From the human T2T-CHM13v2.0 reference genome, Homo sapiens, in the NCBI RefSeq assembly GCF_009914755.1, contig NC_060939.1: DNA of 64,000 nt. The stretch is one strand, 5' to 3'. Below, one piece after another: positions 54,998 to 64,000 of the stretch. Position numbers and translations under genes: made by a program. Under the pieces are notes generated by a model. The model saw only the letters and a program-made list of their open reading frames with translations, ran no database searches and had not been told where the DNA came from. Numbering within the stretch: the first letter of the stretch is position 1; each line of letters opens with the position of its first letter.

Positions 54998-57900
54998 TTG
55001 AGTCCATTCAATTCCATTCCTTTCGTTTCCATTCCATTTGATGCCATTCCATTCAATTCTCTTCTACTCGACTCCAATACATTCAATTCCATTCCATCCG
55101 ATTCCATTACATTCTTTTCATTTCTTATCCATTTCAAGCCATTCCACTCCATTCCATTCCACTCGTTTCCTTTCCATTCGAGTCCATTCCTCTCCAGTCC
55201 ATTCCGTTCAATCCATTCCATTCCAGTCCATTCCATTCGAGTCCGTTCCATTCCAGTCCATTCCATTCGAGTCAATTCCATCCCATTCGATGTCTTTCCA
55301 TAACGATCCATTCCATTCTATTCCTTTCGATTCCATTCCATTCTATTTCATTCCATTCGATTCCCTTCCATTGGATTCCTTTCCATTCGAGTGCATTCCA
55401 TTCCGTTCCATTTCTTTCCGTTCTGTACGATTCCTACCGTTCGATTTCATTTTGTTCCAGTCCATTCCTTTCGCGTCCATTCCATTCCATTTCACTCCAT
55501 TCGATTCCATTCCACTCGATTCCACTTCGTTCCATTTCATTGCATTCCATTCTATTCAACTCCATTGCCTTCCTTTCCATTCCATTCGATTACATTCCAT
55601 GCGATTCCATTCGAAATCGAATCAATTACATTGCAATCCATTACTATTGAGTCCGTTTTATTCCAGTCCACTGCATTCTGGTCCATTCCATTTGATTCCA
55701 TTCCATTCTATTCCATTCCATACAGTTGCATTCCATTGGATTCCATTCTATATCTATAAATTCAATTCGAGATCATTGCTTTGGAGTCCATTCTATATGA
55801 CTCCATTCCATTCAAGTCCATTACATTTGGTTCAATTCCATTCCATTCCATTCCCTTCCATTCCATTCCAGTTGATATCAATCCATTCGATTCCATTCCA
55901 TTCGAGCACATTCCATTCGAGTCCATTCCATTCGATGCCTTTCCATTTGTTTCTATTCCATTAGTCTCCATTCAATTCCATTAATCTCCATTCCATTCCA
56001 TTCTACTCCAACTGATTCCATTCCATTCTATTCCTTTCCATTCCATTTCATTCCATTCCATTCCATTTCATTCCATTCCATTCCATTCGCTTCCATTCCA
56101 TTCGTGTCCATTCCACTCCAGTCCATTCCATTCATGTCCATTCCATTCCAGTCCATTCCATTTGTGTCCACTGCATTCCATTCCACTCCATTCCATATTA
56201 TTCCATTACACTCCATTCCATTCTATTACTTTCATTTCCATTCAATTCCATTCCATTTGATTCCATTCCACTCGGTTTCATTCCATTTGAGTCCACTCCA
56301 TTCCATTCCATTCCATTCCATTCAGTTCCATTCCATTCTGTTCCAATCCATTCCATTCCATTGCATTCCATTCCATTCGGTACCATTCCATATTGTTCCA
56401 TTCGATTCCATTCGAATCCATTCCATTCCAGTCCATTCCATTCGATTCCATTCCATTCCTTTACATTCCATTCCATTCCATTCCATTCCACTTGATTCCA
56501 CTCCATTCCCTTCCACTGCATTCCATTCGATTCCATTCCATTGCATTGCATTCCATTCCATTGGACAGCATTCCATTCGATTCCATTCCTTTCGAATCAA
56601 TTACATAGCAATCCATTACATTCGAGTCTATTCTCTTCCGTTCCATTCGATTTCGTTCCAATCCATTCGATTCCATTCCATTCGATTCCATTCCATACTA
56701 TTGCATTCCATTCGATTACATTATATTCGAATAAGTTCCATTCAAGACCATTTCTTTTGAGTCCATTCTATTTGAGTCCATTCCCTTTGATTCCATAACA
56801 TTTGAGTCCATTCAATTCCATTCCTTTCGTTTCCATTCCATTTGATGCCATTCCATTCAATTCTGTTCTACTCGACTCCAATACATTCAATTCCATTCCA
56901 TCCGATTCCATTACATTCTTTTCATTTCTTATCCATTTCAAGCCATTCCACTCCATTCCATTCCACTCGTTTCCTTTCCATTCGAGTCCATTCCTCTCCA
57001 GTCCATTCCGTTCAATCCATTCCATTCCAGTCCATTCCATTCGAGTCCGTTCCATTCCAGTCCATTCCATTCGAGTCAATTCCATCCCATTCGATGTCTT
57101 TCCATAACGATCCATTCCATTCTATTCCTTTCGATTCCATTCCATTCTATTTCATTCCATTCGATTCCCTTCCATTGGACTCCTTTCCATTCGAGTGCAT
57201 TCCATTCCGTTCCATTTCTTTCCGTTCTGTACGATTCCTACCGTTCGATTTCATTTTGTTCCAGTCCATTCCTTTCGCGTCCATTCCATTCCATTTCACT
57301 CCATTCGATTCCATTCCACTCGATTCCACTTCGTTCCATTTCATTGCATTCCATTCTATTCAACTCCATTGCCTTCCTTTCCATTCCATTCGATTACATT
57401 CCATGTGATTCCATTCGAAATCGAATCAATTACATTGCAATCCATTACTATTGAGTCCGTTTTATTCCAGTCCACTGCATTCTGGTCCATTCCATTTGAT
57501 TCCATTCCATTCTATTCCATTCCATACAGTTGCATTCCATTGGATTCCATTCTATATCTATAAATTCAATTCGAGCTCATTGCTTTGGAGTCCATTCTAT
57601 ATGATTCCATTCCATTGAAGTCCATTACATTTGGTTCAATTCCATTCCATTCCATTCCCTTCCATTCCATTCCAGTTGATATCAATCCATTCGATTCCAT
57701 TCCATTCGAGCACATTCCATTCGAGTCCATTCCATTCGATGCCTTTCCATTTGATTCTATTCCATTAGTCTCCATTCAATTCCATTAATCTCCATTCCAT
57801 TCCATTCTACTCCAACTGATTCCATTCCATTCTATTCCTTTCCATTCCATTTCATTCCATTCCATTCCATTTCATTCCATTCCATTCCATTCGCTTCCAT

Positions 57901-60900
57901 TCCATTCGTGTCCATTCCACTCCAGTCCATTCCATTCATGTCCATTCCATTCCAGTCCATTCCATTTGTGTCCACTGCATTCCATTCCACTCCATTCCAT
58001 ATTATTCCATTACACTCCATTCCATTCTATTACTTTCATTTCCATTCAATTCCATTCCATTTGATTCCATTCCACTCGGTTTCATTCCATTTGAGTCCAC
58101 TCCATTCCATTCCATTCCATTCCATTCAGTTCCATTCCATTCTGTTCCAATCCATTCCATTCCATTGCATTCCATTCCATTCGGTACCATTCCATATTGT
58201 TCCATTCGATTCCATTCGAATCCATTCCATTCCAGTCCATTCCATTCGATTCCATTCCATTCCTTTACATTCCATTCCATTCCATTCCATTCCACTTGAT
58301 TCCACTCCATTCCCTTCCACTGCATTCCATTCGATTCCATTCCATTGCATTGCATTCCATTCCATTGGACAGCATTCCATTCGATTCCATTCCTTTCGAA
58401 TCAATTACATAGCAATCCATTACATTCGAGTCTATTCTATTCCGTTCCATTCGATTTCGTTCCAATCCATTCGATTCCATTCCATTCGATTCCATTCCAT
58501 ACTATTGCATTCCATTCTATTACATTATATTCGAATAAGTTCCATTCAAGACCATTTCTTTTGAGTCCATTCTATTTGAGTCCATTCCCTTTGATTCCAT
58601 AACATTTGAGTCCATTCAATTCCATTCCTTTCGTTTCCATTCCATTTGATGCCATTCCATTCAATTCTCTTCTACTCGACTCCAATACATTCAATTCCAT
58701 TCCATCCGATTCCATTACATTCTTTTCATTTCTTATCCATTTCAAGCCATTCCACTCCATTCCATTCCACTCGTTTCCTTTCCATTCGAGTCCATTCCTC
58801 TCCAGTCCATTCCGTTCAATCCATTCCATTCCAGTCCATTCCATTCGAGTCCGTTCCATTCCAGTCCATTCCATTCGAGTCAATTCCATCCCATTCGATG
58901 TCTTTCCATAACGATCCATTCCATTCTATTCCTTTCGATTCCATTCCATTCTATTTCATTCCATTCGATTCCCTTCCATTGGACTCCTTTCCATTCGAGT
59001 GCATTCCATTCCGTTCCATTTCTTTCCGTTCTGTACGATTCCTACCGTTCGATTTCATTTTGTTCCAGTCCATTCCTTTCGCGTCCATTCCATTCCATTT
59101 CACTCCATTCGATTCCATTCCACTCGATTCCACTTCGTTCCATTTCATTGCATTCCATTCTATTCAACTCCATTGCCTTCCTTTCCATTCCATTCGATTA
59201 CATTCCATGCGATTCCATTCGAAATCGAATCAATTACATTGCAATCCATTACTATTGAGTCCGTTTTATTCCAGTCCACTGCATTCTGGTCCATTCCATT
59301 TGATTCCATTCCAATCTATTCCATTCCATACAGTTGCATTCCATTGGATTCCATTCTATATCTATAAATTCAATTCGAGATCATTGCTTTGGAGTCCATT
59401 CTATATGATTCCATTCCATTCAAGTCCATTACATTTGGTTCAATTCCATTCCATTCCATTCCCTTCCATTCCATTCCAGTTGATATCAATCCATTCGATT
59501 CCATTCCATTCGAGCACATTCCATTCGAGTCCATTCCATTCGATGCCATTCCATTTGATTCTATTCCATTAGTCTCCATTCAAATCCATTAATCTCCATT
59601 ATATTCCATTCTACTCCAACTGATTCCATTCCATTCTATTCCTTTCCATTCCATTTCATTCCATTCCATTCCATTTCATTCCATTCCATTCCATTCGCTT
59701 CCATTCCATTCGTGTCCATTCCACTCCAGTCCATTCCATTAATGTCCATTCCATTCCAGTCCATTCCATTTGTTTCCACTGCATTCCATTCCACTCCATT
59801 CCATATTATTCCATTACACTCCATTCCATTCTATTACTTTCATTTCCATTCAATTCCATTCCATTTGATTCCATTCCACTCGGTTTCATTCCATTTGAGT
59901 CCACTCCATTCCATTCCATTCCATTCCATTCAGTTCCATTCCATTCTGTTCCAATCCATTCCATTCCATTGCATTCCATTCCATTCGGTACCATTCCATA
60001 TTGTTCCATTCGATTCCATTCGAATCCATTCCATTCCAGTCCATTCCATTCGATTCCATTCCATTCCTTTACATTCCATTCCATTCCATTCCTTTCCACT
60101 TGATTCCACTCCATTCCCTTCCACTGCATTCCATTCGATTCCATTCCATTGCATTGCATTCCATTCCATTGGACTGCATTCCATTCGATTCCATTACATT
60201 CGAATCAATTACATAGCAATCCATTACATTCGAGTCTATTCTATTCCGTTCCATTCGATTTCGTTCCAATCCATTCGATTCCATTCCATTCGATTCCATT
60301 CCATACTATTGCATTCCATTCTATTACATTATATTCGAATAAGTTCCATTCAAGACCATTTCTTTTGAGTCCATTCTATTTGAGTCCATTCCCTTTGATT
60401 CCATAACATTTGAGTACATTCAATTCCATTCCTTTCGTTTCCATTCCATTTGATGCCATTCCATTCAATTCTGTTCTACTCGACTCCAATACATTCAATT
60501 CCATTCCATCCGATTCCATTACATTCTTTTCATTTCTTATCCATTTCAAGCCATTCCACTCCATTCCATTCCACTCGTTTCCTTTCCATTCGAGTCCATT
60601 CCTCTCCAGTCCATTCCGTTCAATCCATTCCATTCCAGTCCATTCCATTCGAGTCCGTTCCATTCCAGTCCATTCCATTCGAGTCAATTCCATCCCATTC
60701 GATGTCTTTCCATAACGATCCATTCCATTCTATTCCTTTCGATTCCATTCCATTCTATTTCATTCCATTCGATTCCCTTCCATTGGACTCCTTTCCATTC
60801 GAGTGCATTCCATTCCGTTCCATTTCTTTCCGTTCTGTACGATTCCTACCGTTCGATTTCATTTTGTTCCAGTCCATTCCTTTCGCGTCCATTCCATTCC

Positions 60901-63900
60901 ATTTCACTCCATTCGATTCCATTCCACTCGATTCCACTTCGTTCCATTTCATTGCATTCCATTCTATTCAACTCCATTGCCTTCCTTTCCATTCCATTCG
61001 ATTACATTCCATGCGATTCCATTCGAAATCGAATCAATTACATTGCAATCCATTACTATTGAGTCCGTTTTATTCCAGTCCACTGCATTCTGGTCCATTC
61101 CATTTGATTCCATTCCAATCTATTCCATTCCATACAGTTGCATTCCATTGGATTCCATTCTATATCTATAAATTCAATTCGAGATCATTGCTTTGGAGTC
61201 CATTCTATATGATTCCATTCCATTCAAGTCCATTACATTTGGTTCAATTCCATTCCATTCCATTCCCTTCCATTCCATTCCAGTTGATATCAATCCATTC
61301 GATTCCATTCCATTCGAGCACATTCCATTCGAGTCCATTCCATTCGATGCCATTCCATTTGATTCTATTCCATTAGTCTCCATTCAAATCCATTAATCTC
61401 CATTATATTCCATTCTACTCCAACTGATTCCATTCCATTCTATTCCTTTCCATTCCATTTCATTCCATTCCATTCCATTTCATTCCATTCCATTCCGTTC
61501 GCTTCCATTCCATTCGTGTCCATTCCACTCCAGTCCATTCCATTAATGTCCATTCCATTCCAGTCCATTCCATTTGTGTCCACTGCATTCCATTCCACTC
61601 CATTTCATATTATTCCATTACACTCCATTCCATTCTATTACTTTCATTTCCATTCAATTCCATTCCATTTGATTCCATTCCACTCGGTTTCATTCCATTT
61701 GAGTCCACTCCATTCCATTCCATTCCATTCCATTCAGTTCCATTCCATTCTGTTCCAATCCATTCCATTCCATTGCATTCCATTCCATTCGGTACCATTC
61801 CATATTGTTCCATTCGATTCCATTCGAATCCATTCCATTCCAGTCCATTCCATTCGATTCCATTCCATTCCTTTACATTCCATTCCATTCCATTCCATTC
61901 CACTTGATTCCACTCCATTCCCTTCCACTGCATTCCATTCGATTCCATTCCATTGCATTGCATTCCATTCCATTGGACTGCATTCCATTCGATTCCATTA
62001 CATTCGAATCAATTACATAGCAATCCATTACATTCGAGTCTATTCTATTCCGTTCCATTCGATTTCGTTCCAATCCATTCGATTCCATTCCATTTGATTC
62101 CATTCCATACTATTGCATTCCATTCTATTACATTATATTCGAATAAGTTCCATTCAAGACCATTTCTTTTGAGTCCATTCTATTTGAGTCCATTCCCTTT
62201 GATTCCATAACATTTGAGTCCATTCAATTCCATTCCTTTCGTTTCCATTCCATTTGATGCCATTCCATTCAATTCTGTTCTACTCGACTCCAATACATTC
62301 AATTCCATTCCATCCGATTCCATTACATTCTTTTCATTTCTTATCCATTTCAAGCCATTCCACTCCATTCCATTCCACTCGTTTCCTTTCCATTCGAGTC
62401 CATTCCTCTCCAGTCCATTCCGTTCAATCCATTCCATTCCAGTCCATTCCATTCGAGTCCGTTCCATTCCAGTCCATTCCATTCGAGTCAATTCCATTCC
62501 ATTCGATGTCTTTCCATAACGATCCATTCCATTCTATTCCTTTCGATTCCATTCCATTCTATTTCATTCCATTCGATTCCCTTCCATTGGACTCCTTTCC
62601 ATTCGAGTGCATTCCATTCCGTTCCATTTCTTTCTGTTCTGTACGATTCCTACCGTTCGATTTCATTTTGTTCCAGTCCATTCCTTTCGCGTCCATTCCA
62701 TTCCATTTCACTCCATTCGATTCCATTCCACTCGATTCCACTTCGTTCCATTTCATTGCATTCCATTCTATTTAACTCTATTGCCTTCCATTCCATTCCA
62801 TTCGATTACATTCCATGCGATTCCATTCGAAATCGAATCAATTACATTGCAATCCATTACTATTGAGTCCGTTTTATTCCAGTCCACTGCATTCTGGTCT
62901 ATTCCATTTGATTCCATTCCATTCTATTCCATTCCATACAGTTGCATTCCATTGGATTCCATTCTATATCTATAAATTCAATTCGAGACCATTGCTTTTG
63001 AGTCCCTTCTATATGATTCCATTCCATTCAAGTCCATTACATTTGGTTCAATTCCATTCCATTCCATTCCCTTCCATTCCATTCCAATTGATATCAGTCC
63101 ATTCGATTCCATTCCATTCGAGCACATTCCATTCGAGTCCATTCCATTCGATGCCATTCCATTTGATTCTATTCCATTAGTCTCCATTCAATTCCATTAA
63201 TCTCCATTCCATTCCATTCTACTCCAACTGATTCCATTCCATTCTATTCCTTTCCATTCCATTTCATACCATTCCATTCCATTTCATTCCATTCCATTCC
63301 ATTCGTGTCCTTTCCACTCCAGTCCATTCCATTCGTGTCCATTCCATTCCAGTCCATTACATTTGTGTCCACTGCATTCCATTCCACTCCATTCCATATT
63401 ATTCCATTACACTCCATTCCATTCTATTACTTTCATTTCCATTCAATTCCATTCCATTTGATTCCATTCCACTTGGTTTCATTCCATTTGAGTCCACTCC
63501 ATTCCATTTCATTCCATTCCATTCAGTTCCATTCCATTCTGTTCCAATCCATTCCATTCCATTGCATTCCATTCCATTCGGTACCATTCCATATTGTTCC
63601 ATTCGATTCCATTCGAATCCATTCCATTCCAGTCCATTCCATTCGATTCCATTCCATTCCTTTACATTCCTTTCCATTCCATTCCATTCCACTTGATTCC
63701 ACTCCATTCCCTTCCACTGCATTCCATTCGATTCCATTCCATTGCATTGCATTCCATTCCATTGGACTGCATTCCATTCGATTCCATTCCTTTCGAATCA
63801 ATTACATAGCAATCCATTACATTCGAGTCTATTCTATTCCGTTCCATTCGATTTCGTTCCAATCCATTCGATTCCATTCCATTCGATTCCATTCCATACT

Positions 63901-64000
63901 ATTGCATTCCATTCTATTACATTATATTCGAATAAGTTCCATTCAAGACCATTTCTTTTGAGTCCATTCTATTTGAGTCCATTCCCTTTGATTCCATAAC

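Larger units (their letters stand above)
1..64000 (+). repeat. Human Satellite III-type (CATTC)n/(GAATG)n array with ~1.8-kb higher-order unit; probably D15Z1/HSat3A5 family
   Basis: Degenerate CATTC pentamers (CATTC, GATTC, GAGTC, CACTC, CAGTC, TATTC) run across the entire window in a single orientation. ORF-track landmarks recur with a modal spacing of 1804 bp, with one GGTACC per unit (1438, 3202, 5891, 7695, 9499 ...). A 1.8-kb KpnI Sat III unit is the known hallmark of D15Z1. Satellite class is near certain; the family/chromosome call is about 0.75. Confidence 0.97.
4510..64000 (+). repeat. Main homogeneous layer: 33 units of 1788-1824 bp (types A, A', B, C, D, E and hybrids)
   Basis: Unit lengths from anchors: mode 1804; 1789 (C, and A with a 15-bp deletion); 1814/1813 (D/E); 1824 (D/A hybrid); 1803 and 1788 (1-bp deletions). 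Type A: 'gagctcattg' (SacI), 'ttgaag'. Type B: 'caaatccattaatctccattatattcc', 'ccattaatgtcc'. Type C: 'tggtctatt', 'gtcccttct', 'tatcagtcc'. Types D/E: 'ggttaaatt' with a 20-bp insertion. Confidence 0.92.

Noticed and set aside
53-63999. Hundreds of ORFs (IPFHS- and MEWNG-rich, up to 308 aa)
   Set aside because: Pure (CATTC)n has no stop codon in any frame. The ORFs overlap in several frames, recur each unit and are broken at random by variants, so there is no coding signal.
1-64000. CRISPR-like or other repeat-spacer system
   Set aside because: There are no unique spacers and no associated genes; all sequence derives from the pentamer.
1-64000. HSat2 or DYZ1 assignment
   Set aside because: The HSat2 CATCAT/ATGATG-type motif was not seen. 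The base period is 1.8 kb with near-identical neighbours; the 3.59-kb B-C dimer only coincidentally resembles the ~3.6-kb DYZ1 length.
1-64000. Inversion or transposon insertion
   Set aside because: No GAATG-oriented tract or non-satellite segment was seen, and anchor spacings account for the full window length.

Overview
The whole 64-kb window is one uninterrupted satellite array. It is a degenerate (CATTC)n pentamer repeat with CATTC on the + strand throughout, no CATGAT/CATCAT-type HSat2 motif seen, and a ~1.8-kb higher-order unit with one KpnI site (GGTACC) per unit. This matches human (or great-ape) Satellite III and best fits the 1.8-kb KpnI family D15Z1/HSat3A5 of chr15p; that assignment is inferred and was not checked by search. 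I found no genuine genes, RNA genes, transposons, inversions or CRISPR arrays, and every ORF is a translation artefact of the pentamer. Unit starts, anchored on the recurring 'ttgagtccattcaattcc' motif (the MSPFNS ORF start), are 87, 1851, 3625, 4510, 6314, 8118, 9922, 11736, 13540, 15329, 17118, 18922, 20711, 22515, 24303, 26117, 27930, 29734, 31538, 33342, 35146, 36935, 38749, 40562, 42366, 44170, 45974, 47778, 49581, 51385, 53174, 54998, 56802, 58606, 60410, 62214. Diagnostic variants sort the units into types in the order X X' half A A A' A B C A B C B C D E A A A B C D E A A A A A' B C D/A A' A B B C. The interest lies in the array's architecture: a subfamily boundary with an 885-bp half-unit at ~3.3-4.5 kb, a cryptic ~0.9-kb dimer structure inside the unit, a 12.63-kb 7-unit tandem duplication, a 5.38-kb 3-unit duplication, a conserved B-C(-D-E) order and mosaic units. 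I see no evidence for a new protein- or RNA-based system. All comparisons were made by eye and from ORF-track offsets.
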